Assembly (NCBI GenBank): GCA_965224705.1
Contig: OZ245056.1
Span: 448,001-512,000, forward strand
Origin: Spirochaetaceae bacterium
GTDB taxonomy: Bacteria > Spirochaetota > Spirochaetia > DSM-2461
DNA: 64,000 bases
Direction of reading: 5' to 3'
The notes beneath the pieces are model-generated. The model saw only the letters and a list, made by a program, of their open reading frames with translations, had not been told where the DNA came from and did no database searches. Shown piece after piece: positions 29,953 to 39,548 of the stretch; positions within the stretch are counted from its first letter, which is position 1; each line of letters opens with the position of its first letter. The translations under genes were made by a program, and so were the position numbers.

Positions 29953-30965
29953 AAACGCCCGTCTTAACTTTCTTCAACAATAAAGGAGGGGTTGGAAAAA
30001 CATCCCTCATTTATCATCTTGCGTGGATGTATTCGACCATCGGGAAAAAAGTTATAGTTGCCGATCTTGATCCTCAGGCAAATCTCACTGCGGCCTTCTT
30101 AAGCGAAGAAAGAATTGAGCAGCTTTGGGACGAGCAGGAGTTTGGCTCCACCATCTACCATTGCGTAAGACCTCTTACGGGTGTTGGTGATATTGTTGAA
30201 CCTGTATTGCAAAAAATAAATACCAACCTGTTTTTTGTCCCCGGCGATGTAAAACTGTCCGGATTCGAAGATGTCCTTTCCAGCGAGTGGCCTAATAGCA
30301 TGAGCGATAACAATCTTTATCGTCCCATGCGAATGCTCTCCTCTTTCTGGCAAGTCATGCAGATGGGCGCGAAGCAGATTAATGCCGATATCATTCTTGT
30401 CGACATTGGTCCCAATCTGGGAGCCATCAACCGTTCGGTATTAATTGCAACCAACTTTGTTGTCATTCCTCTCGGTGCGGATCTGTTTTCCCTGCAGGGA
30501 CTAAAAAACCTGGGCCCAACATTGGGTTCCTGGAAAGACCGGTGGAAAAAAAGATTGGATAACTGGCAAGGCAGTCGGGAATGTCGCAATTATACGGACT
30601 TCGAACTGCCCAAAGGAAAAATGCAGGTCATTGGTTATCTTTGTCAGCAGCATGGGGTTCGCCTCGCTCGCCCTGTTAAAGCCTATGAAAAATGGGTGAA
30701 CCGCATTCCGAAAGTCTATCGAGAAGCAGTTTTGAACCAACATAATCCCGAGTCTTTGAAGCAGGCGGAAGATCCATACTGCCTTGCTACCATCAAGCAC
30801 TATCGGAGTCTTATCCCAATGGGGCAAGAGCATCGCAAACCGATTTTTGAATTAACCGCTGCTGACGGCGCAATCGGCTCCCATGCGAACGCGGTTCAAG
30901 ATGCAAGAGAAGATTTTAAGGCCTTAGCAAAAAAAATTGCTAAAAAGATGGGCGTGGACACCTAA
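29949..30965 (+). CDS. ParA/Soj-like ATPase (long, non-partitioning type)
   Basis: NNKGGVGKT, DLDPQANLT, DIGPNLGAINR. Confidence 0.88.
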   Translation: MKTPVLTFFNNKGGVGKTSLIYHLAWMYSTIGKKVIVADLDPQANLTAAFLSEERIEQLWDEQEFGSTIYHCVRPLTGVGDIVEPVLQKINTNLFFVPGDVKLSGFEDVLSSEWPNSMSDNNLYRPMRMLSSFWQVMQMGAKQINADIILVDIGPNLGAINRSVLIATNFVVIPLGADLFSLQGLKNLGPTLGSWKDRWKKRLDNWQGSRECRNYTDFELPKGKMQVIGYLCQQHGVRLARPVKAYEKWVNRIPKVYREAVLNQHNPESLKQAEDPYCLATIKHYRSLIPMGQEHRKPIFELTAADGAIGSHANAVQDAREDFKALAKKIAKKMGVDT

Positions 30966-30989
30966 GAAAAAAGAGTAATTCTGGCATAC

Positions 30990-31270
30990 TGATCTGTTCA
31001 GGGTGCTCTTCCCTGCCGATGGAGTTTTATCATCCCGTCCGCATATATATTGAAGCAGTGGATCATCGCGCAATCGTTCATGATCATTAAGATCTTCATA
31101 CTTTACAATGATTCTGCGGGATTTTCCGATTTCCAGCCCTTGCAATTCAAGCTGATGGGCTTTACACTCTGTATTATCAAAGCGGGCTTCTTTTCTTTTG
31201 TTATTTCTTTTCATGTAAATATTTTAACATGGGAAGCCTGCTTTGTATCAAGGTATTGGTGAGAAGTAGG
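30990..31270 (-). mobile_element. Second IS1380-family remnant, internally deleted, same orientation as the first
   Basis: TECKAHQLELQGL.. fused to YEDLNDHERLRDDPLL..AGKSTLNR; ends in ggtgagaagtagg. Confidence 0.8.
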
Positions 31271-31581
31271 ATTTAGACCCTGAACTGCTGGAATCTGTAT
31301 ATGGGGCGGTGTTCGCCCAAATGCTGACGAAAAAAGGGTTGGTGATAGAACATCAGAGAGCCGTGCCGATTCACTATCAGGGAATGGTGTTGGATGAAGG
31401 CTTTCGACTCGATTTTCTGGTTGATAAAGAACTGATTGTAGAGCTTAAATCTATGGAAACACTTCACCCTGTCCACCCCAAACAATTCCAGACTTATCTG
31501 CGTTTGATGGATCTTCCGCTGGGACTGTTCCTTAACTTCGGTGCCTTGCCCAAAGTATCAACCACAAGGCTAGCCCTATGA
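31270..31581 (+). pseudogene. 3' part of the interrupted GxxExxY gene
   Basis: DLDPELLESVYG..QRAVPIHY..FRLDFLVDKELIVELKS..HPKQFQTYLRL..LNFG. Confidence 0.8.
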
Positions 31582-31666
31582 ATTTTCGTGTTTTTCGTGC
31601 CTTTCGTGGTAAAAAAATGAACACCGCCCTTTCATCTTCGCACCTCCAAAAACCGGAGAATTTCTA

Positions 31667-32062
31667 ATGAAACCACAGATTAACACCGATAGACACAGAT
31701 TTCTGTATAAAGAAGAAACGCACAAAATTATTGGATGTGCGTTTGAAGTGTTGAATACACTGGGGCATGGCTTGCTAGAAAAACCGTATGAAAATGCGCT
31801 GGTTGTAGAATTTCAGCAACAAGGTATTTCTTATGCTCAACAACCTCGATTCCCTGTGATCTATAAATCAGTGAATGTTGGTGAGTATATCCCTGACCTG
31901 ATTGTGTACGATAAAATCATTGTAGACACCAAAGCAATTGAATTAATCGGCAGCAACGAAAAAGCCCAGATAATCAACTACCTGAAAATCACCGGCCTTA
32001 GAGTTGGACTGCTACTAAACTTTAAACACCCAAAACTGCAATGGGAGAGAATTATATTATGA
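31667..32062 (+). CDS. Intact GxxExxY protein (PD-(D/E)XK nuclease-like)
   Basis: LGHGLLEKPYE, YIPDLIV..IIVDTK, AQIINYLK..GLLLNF. Confidence 0.9.
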   Translation: MKPQINTDRHRFLYKEETHKIIGCAFEVLNTLGHGLLEKPYENALVVEFQQQGISYAQQPRFPVIYKSVNVGEYIPDLIVYDKIIVDTKAIELIGSNEKAQIINYLKITGLRVGLLLNFKHPKLQWERIIL

Positions 32063-32154
32063 AACCACAGATACACACAAATAGACACAGATTATTAAAC
32101 AGGTATTTTAGAAACAACTCTTCTATCCGTGTCCATCTGTGTCCATCCGTGGTT
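32063..32154. repeat. Class B 30-bp periodic inverted repeat pair (empty element)
   Basis: aaccacagatacacacaaatagacacagat and atccgtgtccatctgtgtccatccgtggtt; related left arms at 27084-27113 and 31671-31700. Confidence 0.85.
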
Positions 32155-32171
32155 ACAAATAAAGGACAAAA

Positions 32172-35100
32172 ATGACTAACTACAAACCCATTGCAGAATC
32201 AAAAAACTTCATCGTCTTAGACAAATACACCCAGGGATGGCAAGCCTGCGAAAGCTACCAGAGCGAATATGCTTTGGAATCCGAGTTTATCGCCGACCTG
32301 CAAAACCAGGGTTATGAATATTTGCCCGATCTGAATACACCCGAGAAAATGCTGGCGAATGTGCGCAAGCAGCTGCAGGCTTTGAACAAGGTGCAGTTTT
32401 CGGAGGGTGAATGGCTGCGCTTTGTGGAGAACTATCTGGACAATCCCAGCGATACCATCATCGATAAAACCCGCAAAATACATGATAACTATATTCACGA
32501 CTTTGTCTTTGATGACGGGCATATCCAGAACATCTATCTGGTGGATAAGAAAAATATTGCCCGCAATAAATGTCAGGTGATCAGGCAGTTTGAACAGACC
32601 GGCACCCACGCCAACCGCTACGATGTGACGGTGCTGGTCAATGGCCTGCCCCTGGTGCAGATTGAGCTGAAAAAACGCGGCGTTGCCATTCGTGAAGCCT
32701 TTAATCAGGTGCACCGCTACAGCAAGGAGAGCTTTAACAGCGAGCATTCCTTGTACAAATATCTGCAGCTTTTCGTAATCTCAAACGGAACGGACAGCCG
32801 CTATTTTGCCAATACAACAAAACGCGATAAGAACAGTTTTGATTTTACCATGAACTGGGCGAAGGCCGATAACAGCCTGATTAAAGACCTGAAAGATTTC
32901 ACTGCCACCTTTTTTCAGAAAAATACCCTGCTCAATGTACTGCTGCGTTATTCGGTGTTTGATGTCACTGATACCCTGCTGGTGATGCGCCCTTACCAGA
33001 TTGCTGCGACGGAACGCATTTTATGGAAGGTGAAAAGCTCCCATGCAGCAAAAAACTGGAACAAACCCGAAAGCGGCGGCTACATCTGGCATACCACCGG
33101 CTCCGGCAAAACCCTGACTAGTTTCAAAGCAGCACGGTTGGCAACTGAACTGGAGTTTATTGACAAGGTGTTTTTTGTGGTTGACCGAAAAGACCTGGAT
33201 TACCAGACAATGAAAGAGTACCAGCGCTTTTCGCCGGACAGTGTCAATGGCTCCGACAGCACCGCCGGGCTCAAGCGCAACCTGGATAAAGATGACAATA
33301 AGATCATTGTGACCACCATACAGAAGCTCAATAACCTGATGAAAGGGGAAAGCGGTTTAGCCATCTACAACAAGCAGGTGGTGTTTATTTTCGATGAGGC
33401 GCACCGCAGCCAATTTGGTGAGGCACAGAAAAACCTGAAGAAAAAGTTTAAACAATTTTATCAATTCGGCTTTACCGGCACACCGATATTCCCGCAAAAC
33501 GCCCTCAGTGCGGAGACCACCGTCAGTGTGTTTGGCCGTGAGCTGCATTCCTATGTCATCACCGATGCCATCCGCGATGAAAAGGTATTGAAGTTCAAGG
33601 TGGATTATAACGATGTGCGCCCGCTTTTTAAGGCGATTGAAAGCGAACGGAATGAGAAAAAACTCAATGCGGCGGAGAACAAACAGGCCCTGCTGCACCC
33701 TAAGCGCATCAAGGAGGTCACGCAGTACATCCTAAACAACTTCCGGCAGAAAACGCATCGCCTGAAAGCCGGTGCCAGGGGCTTCAATGCCATGTTTGCG
33801 GTGAGTAGTGTGGAAGCGGCCAAACTCTATTACGAGTCGTTCAAACAATTGCAGGAAGGCAGTGATAATCCACTGAAAGCGGCCACTATCTTCTCGTTTG
33901 CGGCCAACGAAGAACAGGATGCTGTTGGTGATATTGTAGACGAGAGCTTTGATGTTTCAGCCATGAACAGCAGCGCCAAGGAGTTTTTGAATGCGGCCAT
34001 CGCCGACTACAACGCGCTGTTTAAAACCAATTTCGGCGTGGATAGTTCTGGCTTTCAAAACTATTACCGCGACCTTGCCAAGCATGTAAAAAGTCAGGAA
34101 ATTGATCTGCTCATTGTGGTGGGAATGTTTCTGACCGGCTTTGATGCCCCGACATTGAATACATTGTTTGTCGATAAAAACCTGCGTTATCACGGTTTGA
34201 TGCAGGCCTATTCGCGCACCAACCGCATCTATGACACCACCAAGACCTTCGGCAATATCGTTACCTTCCGTAATTTAGAGCAGGCTACGGTTGATGCCAT
34301 TACCCTCTTTGGCGATCAAAACACTAAAAATGTGGTGTTGGAGAAAAGCTATAAGGAATACATGGAAGGCTTTATCGATGCGGTAACCGGTGAAACCCGG
34401 CGCGGCTATATAGAGGTGGTAACAGAATTACAGCAGCGCTTCCCCGAACCGGCAGAGATTGAGAAAGAAGCGGATAAAAAAGCCTTCGTGAAACTCTTTG
34501 GCGAATATTTGCGGGTGGAGAATGTTCTTCAAAACTACGATGAATTTGCCAGTCTGAAAGCCTTGCAGAGTATCGATATGAATGATCTTGAGGCAGTAGG
34601 GGAGTTTAAGATCCAACATTATTTGAACGATGACGACTTGAAAACGATGCAGGCGATTGAGATCCCTTCTGAACGTAAAATTCAGGATTACCGCTCAACC
34701 TATAATGACATTCGAGATTGGCTGCGGCGTGAAAAAGAAGCCAACGGAAAAGAGAATTTCACCAGCAACTGGGACGATGTCATTTTTGAGGTCGACCTGC
34801 TTAAATCTCAGGAAATCAACCTCGACTACATTCTGGGACTTGTTTTTGAGAACAACAAGAAGGTCAAAGATAAGGCGGCACTGGTTGAAGATGTCCGCCG
34901 GATGATCCGGTCCAGCCTCGGCAACCGTGCGAAAGAGGGTCTGCTGGTTGATTTTATCAATCAAACCGACCTAAACCAGATCGGCGATAAGGCCAGTGTG
35001 ATTGATGTCTTTTTTACCTTTGCCCAGGCGGAGCAAAAACGAGAAGCAAAAGAATTGATTGGCTCTGAAGATTTGAATGAAGATGCTGCAAAGCGTTATA

Positions 35101-35270
35101 TCGCCACCTCTTTGAAGCGGGAGTTTGCCAGTGAGAATGGCACGGAACTCAATGCCATTCTGCCTAAGATGAACCCGTTGAACCCGCAATATCTCCCGAA
35201 AAAACAGAGAGTTTTCCAAAAGATAGCCTCTTTTATCGAAAAGTTCAAAGGCGTGGGCGGCGAGGTTTGA
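32172..35270 (+). CDS. hsdR: Type I restriction endonuclease subunit R (EcoR124I-like)
   Basis: [46 protein letters not shown]. Confidence 0.97.
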   Translation: MTNYKPIAESKNFIVLDKYTQGWQACESYQSEYALESEFIADLQNQGYEYLPDLNTPEKMLANVRKQLQALNKVQFSEGEWLRFVENYLDNPSDTIIDKTRKIHDNYIHDFVFDDGHIQNIYLVDKKNIARNKCQVIRQFEQTGTHANRYDVTVLVNGLPLVQIELKKRGVAIREAFNQVHRYSKESFNSEHSLYKYLQLFVISNGTDSRYFANTTKRDKNSFDFTMNWAKADNSLIKDLKDFTATFFQKNTLLNVLLRYSVFDVTDTLLVMRPYQIAATERILWKVKSSHAAKNWNKPESGGYIWHTTGSGKTLTSFKAARLATELEFIDKVFFVVDRKDLDYQTMKEYQRFSPDSVNGSDSTAGLKRNLDKDDNKIIVTTIQKLNNLMKGESGLAIYNKQVVFIFDEAHRSQFGEAQKNLKKKFKQFYQFGFTGTPIFPQNALSAETTVSVFGRELHSYVITDAIRDEKVLKFKVDYNDVRPLFKAIESERNEKKLNAAENKQALLHPKRIKEVTQYILNNFRQKTHRLKAGARGFNAMFAVSSVEAAKLYYESFKQLQEGSDNPLKAATIFSFAANEEQDAVGDIVDESFDVSAMNSSAKEFLNAAIADYNALFKTNFGVDSSGFQNYYRDLAKHVKSQEIDLLIVVGMFLTGFDAPTLNTLFVDKNLRYHGLMQAYSRTNRIYDTTKTFGNIVTFRNLEQATVDAITLFGDQNTKNVVLEKSYKEYMEGFIDAVTGETRRGYIEVVTELQQRFPEPAEIEKEADKKAFVKLFGEYLRVENVLQNYDEFASLKALQSIDMNDLEAVGEFKIQHYLNDDDLKTMQAIEIPSERKIQDYRSTYNDIRDWLRREKEANGKENFTSNWDDVIFEVDLLKSQEINLDYILGLVFENNKKVKDKAALVEDVRRMIRSSLGNRAKEGLLVDFINQTDLNQIGDKASVIDVFFTFAQAEQKREAKELIGSEDLNEDAAKRYIATSLKREFASENGTELNAILPKMNPLNPQYLPKKQRVFQKIASFIEKFKGVGGEV

Positions 35271-35312
35271 AATTTCCTAATGCTTCTTCCATGAGGGAGC
35301 TTCAAGCGGCGG

Positions 35313-35529
35313 TTATTGCCGCAAGATCTTCTCAATAGCCTTGCCTTTGGCAAGCTCGTCGATGAGCTTGTCCATGCAGCGCATCTTCCGCATCAGCGGG
35401 TCGTCGGTATCTTCCACGCGCACGCCGCACACGACACCCTTGATGAGCGCGGCTCTTGCGTTCAGCCTTTTGAACGTACAGGGGATAGACCTTTGCAAAA
35501 GCCATCGAGAATATCCTATGCTGTGCCAT
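35313..35529 (-). pseudogene. DUF2200-family gene, internally deleted and frameshifted
   Basis: [27 protein letters not shown] in one frame; [27 protein letters not shown] in another. Confidence 0.75.
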
Positions 35530-35560
35530 CGCAACCTCCTGGAGATAGAATACATCCAAC

Positions 35561-36097
35561 TTATTCCAGCGCGAATTCAGCGATCCGATTATACCGCACT
35601 CCATCAGGGTGCAGCCTGGATTCAAACAGCACGATTTCCGGCAGAAAAAAACGGAGAGGCAAAGTTTCCGGCAGTGTAGGTAGAAACTGATTGCGCCTGA
35701 ATCTTGCAAGAGTCAGGTGAGGATAGAATTTCCTTCTTTCAACGTGCATGATTTCTGCCAGTCCAGATTTCAGGCTGCGATGCATAGCAGACAGGATATT
35801 TGCGTCATCAACAAGCGTCTGGACAAAGACTTTGGGCTTCCTTGCGTTGGGAAGCAGGGCAAAGGGCCCTGTTTGGACTTCGGGGGCTCCAATACCGCTT
35901 GAAACTGATTCAATAAGTTGCCAAATACTCTCAATCCGATTCTCGTCCGTGTCACCCAAAAAGTTCATTGTAATGTGATACATCTCTGGAGGAATCCATC
36001 GGAGAGTCGGGTTCTCTTCCTGAATGGGCAATACAGTGTTCTGCAGCCGCTGCGCAGCTGCCGGTGTCGTCAGCAGGGCAATAAAAAGTCGCTTCAT
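35561..36097 (-). CDS. thpR: RNA 2',3'-cyclic phosphodiesterase (2H family)
   Basis: [16 protein letters not shown] and PHLTLAR HxT motifs. Confidence 0.9.
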   Translation of the reverse strand: MKRLFIALLTTPAAAQRLQNTVLPIQEENPTLRWIPPEMYHITMNFLGDTDENRIESIWQLIESVSSGIGAPEVQTGPFALLPNARKPKVFVQTLVDDANILSAMHRSLKSGLAEIMHVERRKFYPHLTLARFRRNQFLPTLPETLPLRFFLPEIVLFESRLHPDGVRYNRIAEFALE

Positions 36098-36108
36098 ACG
36101 TTCCCTAG

Positions 36109-36269
36109 GAGTCTGTCGGACTTTAAGGCTTCGAGGCGATTTTTGATGATTTTTTCCTGATGCAAGGCGACAAAAACGGAGCGTAGCTGGGCTACGTGAG
36201 TATTTTGGCAACGCAGCAGCAGGGAAAAAGGGCAAAAATCGAGCCGTGAGGCGTAAGTCCGACAGACTC
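36109..36269. mobile_element. 161-bp MITE with CTAG target duplication
   Basis: TIRs gagtctgtcggactt / aagtccgacagactc; CTAG on both sides. Confidence 0.9.
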
Positions 36270-36367
36270 CTAGCATCCAGAATAGTATTTCTCCTCTCGT
36301 TCAACAACTGCTGTCTCCACACTGGCGGAGAATTCATAGAGCGTAGGAAGGGCGTTCAGTGCCCTGG

Positions 36368-36459
36368 GAGTCTGTCGGACTTTAAGGCTTCAAGGCGATT
36401 TCTGATGATTTTTCCTGATGCAAGGCGGCTGAGCCCTGAGACCCAGGTCCGATAGACTC
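36368..36459. mobile_element. Short (92-bp) deleted copy of the same MITE
   Basis: Same left part; degenerate right TIR aggtccgatagactc; flanks ctgg / ctag. Confidence 0.8.
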
Positions 36460-37134
36460 CTAGTCCAACCGGTAATGCTCAACGGATTTGAGATCAATGG
36501 CCATTTTCAATGAGGTAAATAATCGATGATCCCTAAGAGTTATGGCAGGAAAATCCAATAATCCTGCCCGAGCACGGATTCTTTCGGGTTTATTGTACTC
36601 ACGAGCACGAAGGAAGTCTCCCAGAGAGTTCTTAATGGCCATTTCCATGGAATTACGGCGTGTTTCACCAAGGTACAGGGATGCAATACCAATTCCGGAT
36701 GAGAATGAGTAGGCCTGACTGTTCCAGGCGGCTATTCGCTGTATCTGACTGGTATCTGGATGATATTCCAGCAATACATAATCAAACTCATTATCGAAGA
36801 CTACCTTTACCATTTTCATCCGGGGATCTCCCCTGGGAATCAGTGCAACTGGCTGGATATCCAGAGATTCCTCAACATTCCGAGCAATGGATAATGGAGT
36901 CCATTGTATGAAGAATCCATAGATCATACCGGAGAATATCCAGCGGGCATCTTCCAGTAAAGAATCAATCATCTCCCTTTTTTGTTCTTCTTTAGTTTTT
37001 ATATCTCTCAGGCTCTGACCGGATCCCAGAGTTTGAACCGATTCAGGCAATAACCACAGCTCTCCCCGTACAGGGTCAGCAAAACCAGGGGCAGACAGAC
37101 ATAGCAGCAGAAAGAAAGCATGCAGCTGTTTCAG
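36460..37134 (-). CDS. Secreted hypothetical protein, probable CTG start
   Basis: Frame open to CTG 37134, overlapping the rhomboid TGA; gives signal peptide MKQLHAFFLLLCLSAPGFA. Confidence 0.65.
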   Translation of the reverse strand: MKQLHAFFLLLCLSAPGFADPVRGELWLLPESVQTLGSGQSLRDIKTKEEQKREMIDSLLEDARWIFSGMIYGFFIQWTPLSIARNVEESLDIQPVALIPRGDPRMKMVKVVFDNEFDYVLLEYHPDTSQIQRIAAWNSQAYSFSSGIGIASLYLGETRRNSMEMAIKNSLGDFLRAREYNKPERIRARAGLLDFPAITLRDHRLFTSLKMAIDLKSVEHYRLD

Positions 37135-37736
37135 CGTTTATCTCTCATTTCATGGATTGGATTCATTCTTAAACGGATTACAAAGTATAAATATCCAAAT
37201 GCAAGACCGCTCAAATGGGTGAGGTGGGCAATTCCAACACGGCCCCTCATGTGCATGAAAATATCAAGTCCAGCAAACACAAGCAGTGCATAGGGGGCAC
37301 GCATCGGCAATATGTAAAAAACAAGGAGTCTAACCCTGGGGAAGTAAGTTGCAAAGGCAAGAAGAGAACCGTAGAGTGCTCCAGAAGCACCAACAATGGG
37401 GATGTTATATCCAAGATTCCTATACGCAAATACCGAAAACAATCCCGCCAGTGCACCGGTAGTCAGATAGAAAATCAGAAACTCCCTGGATCCCATCCGT
37501 GACTCGACACTTGAGGCAGCAAAGATCAGAAAAATCATATTGAAGAGGAGATGCATGAATCCACCATGAACAAACATGTACGTAACGGGAGTCCAGAACA
37601 GGCCCTGGCTCAGCCCTCCAGGATAGACGGCAAGATAACGAACCAGATCCGGGATAAGGTAAGTGGCAAGGAAAACAGCAATGTTGACAGTGATAAGGGT
37701 TGTAACAACACTGCGGCGGTTATCGAAATAATTCAT
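37131..37736 (-). CDS. Rhomboid intramembrane serine protease
   Basis: HLLFNM, VGASG, AHLTHLSG. Confidence 0.92.
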   Translation of the reverse strand: MNYFDNRRSVVTTLITVNIAVFLATYLIPDLVRYLAVYPGGLSQGLFWTPVTYMFVHGGFMHLLFNMIFLIFAASSVESRMGSREFLIFYLTTGALAGLFSVFAYRNLGYNIPIVGASGALYGSLLAFATYFPRVRLLVFYILPMRAPYALLVFAGLDIFMHMRGRVGIAHLTHLSGLAFGYLYFVIRLRMNPIHEMRDKR

Positions 37737-37760
37737 AAGGCTCCTCAAAAAAGATATCGT

Positions 37761-39503
37761 TCACCGATACAGGGGAGGGATTCGGGTAACAGCAAATAGC
37801 CGAACATCCATGTATGGAATTGTACTCGTTACTCTCATAATATCGGAACCAAGATGGAGAATACCTCTCCTGTCATCAAAATCATACTCGATTATCGTCA
37901 TTTTTTCGGGTTTCTTCAGGTATGGAGAATAATCAACATCTATGGAATTCAACGAATCAGGACTATCGTACTCGAAAGAGACAACGGCTATCAACAGTCC
38001 CCGTTTAGATGATATAATCCACCAAACCAGCTGGTCGTTTATAAATCTATCGACCAGTTCTCCAGAATTCAGTATGTTCCGAAATAACAGTGCGGTATCT
38101 TCGAGACAATGAACCCGTCTGGCATAGCTGTGATCCGGCATCCATCCCAATGTCGCGGCCTGTTTAACAGACGAATGAAATCCCCATGCCCCTTCCAGGG
38201 CACCCATGGTTTCCAGCAGCGGTCTCCGGGAGGGACCGGTTCCAAGGAAACGGGCAACAAATCTCTTAATCAGAGCCCTTTTCCTTTCTGTCAGACTATC
38301 CTCTTCACCGGGATTTAATGCCAATGGAATCGAAAACTTCAGTTTTCGGCCCAGGTTTAACTGACGGAGGGAGTCATTCAAGGTAAAGACCCTTTGAAAC
38401 CATCCCTTATCGGCCTTGCATTCAGCATCCTTAACAAGAACCAGATCAATTCCCTGAAGTCCATAATCTTCTATCTCTTCAGGATGTCCCTCTGCTGCTA
38501 CACCAATATTTCGGCGGACTCCAGATTTCCGGGCGCTTTCAGCGGCCCTGCTCATCAAAGCCAGATCCGGGATTTCGTCCTGTCCCCCCTCATAACTCCT
38601 TGTACCGTTGAGAACCAGAAAATCAAAGCCATAACGATCCCGCCAGAGATCAAAAACCCGACACCAATAGGCCACCGCTTCATCCCTTGTTTCCCCAAGA
38701 TCATGACTGTTGACCTTCTTAAAGGCAAGAGGAACACGTTTGCTCCCATCACTGGAAAGCTTTGGTTCAATAGAGATATTGGTGAGCGTCGTTTGAATGT
38801 CATTTCTGTTCAGTCCCACTCCAGATTCTTTTATCAATGCAATTTGTTCTCGAACAATCTCCCTCCATTCCTCCTGTTTCTCTTCATCAGGAATGAATTG
38901 ACCATGTTGAGTCCAGAGAAAAAGCTCCGGTTTATGGAGAACCACAGCTGCCAGGGGGTCAACACGGTAATCCAGTTCATACCCTGTCACCAGGCCGAGA
39001 AGATGTGCTGCTTCGCAAAAAGCCAGCATCTGAACTTCGGGTCCCATACCCGCATCCAATGCATCGGCATCTGCCAGTTCCCTTCTGATAACAGCATGAC
39101 TCTCCATGAGTTCCAGATTTTCTGATGGTCCCTGTGTAACCGGGCTGATAATAATTCCACGGGTCCTCAAAGTGGCAAGATAGAAGGAAGCACTGAGAAA
39201 GTTCCCCATTTTTCTGCCCACACCAGCACCACGAATATTGACCAGGGTATAATCAAACTCACTCATCCAGCGTGTATCACGGCGCCGCAGAACAGGAGAC
39301 TCATAGGAATGCATAAGTGCAATTCGGCAGAAGAAATCAACGATAACCGGGAGTTTGTATTGGAGTAATTCACTACCAGACTTATTCAGGCAGCCATGAG
39401 CCTCATAATCCCGAAAGAGTTGAGCTGCAATCCCGGCAGATTCCTTATCCGCTGGAAAAAAACTTGCAAGTCGTTTCCAGATATTTTTGGGTAAAGTCTC
39501 CAT
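37761..39503 (-). CDS. Hypothetical protein, possible degenerate GH13-like barrel
   Basis: 580-aa ORF; AAHLLGL and LWRDRYGFDFLVLNG resemble alpha-amylase regions. Confidence 0.6.
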   Translation of the reverse strand: METLPKNIWKRLASFFPADKESAGIAAQLFRDYEAHGCLNKSGSELLQYKLPVIVDFFCRIALMHSYESPVLRRRDTRWMSEFDYTLVNIRGAGVGRKMGNFLSASFYLATLRTRGIIISPVTQGPSENLELMESHAVIRRELADADALDAGMGPEVQMLAFCEAAHLLGLVTGYELDYRVDPLAAVVLHKPELFLWTQHGQFIPDEEKQEEWREIVREQIALIKESGVGLNRNDIQTTLTNISIEPKLSSDGSKRVPLAFKKVNSHDLGETRDEAVAYWCRVFDLWRDRYGFDFLVLNGTRSYEGGQDEIPDLALMSRAAESARKSGVRRNIGVAAEGHPEEIEDYGLQGIDLVLVKDAECKADKGWFQRVFTLNDSLRQLNLGRKLKFSIPLALNPGEEDSLTERKRALIKRFVARFLGTGPSRRPLLETMGALEGAWGFHSSVKQAATLGWMPDHSYARRVHCLEDTALLFRNILNSGELVDRFINDQLVWWIISSKRGLLIAVVSFEYDSPDSLNSIDVDYSPYLKKPEKMTIIEYDFDDRRGILHLGSDIMRVTSTIPYMDVRLFAVTRIPPLYR

Positions 39504-39548
39504 AATGTCATTATAGCATAGCAACATGTTAGGGTGTAGGATAGGAAG

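Noticed and set aside
29949..30965. ParA as evidence of a plasmid or replication origin
   Set aside because: No parB, rep, iterons or dnaA; the context is an inserted cargo gene.
27084..32154. hsdS shufflon using the class B inverted repeats
   Set aside because: No invertase and no inverted silent TRD; all genes in the operon are co-oriented.
35561..36337. N-terminally extended ThpR, and ORFs 36246-36455 and 49626-49919
   Set aside because: The extensions are read-through of MITE sequence.
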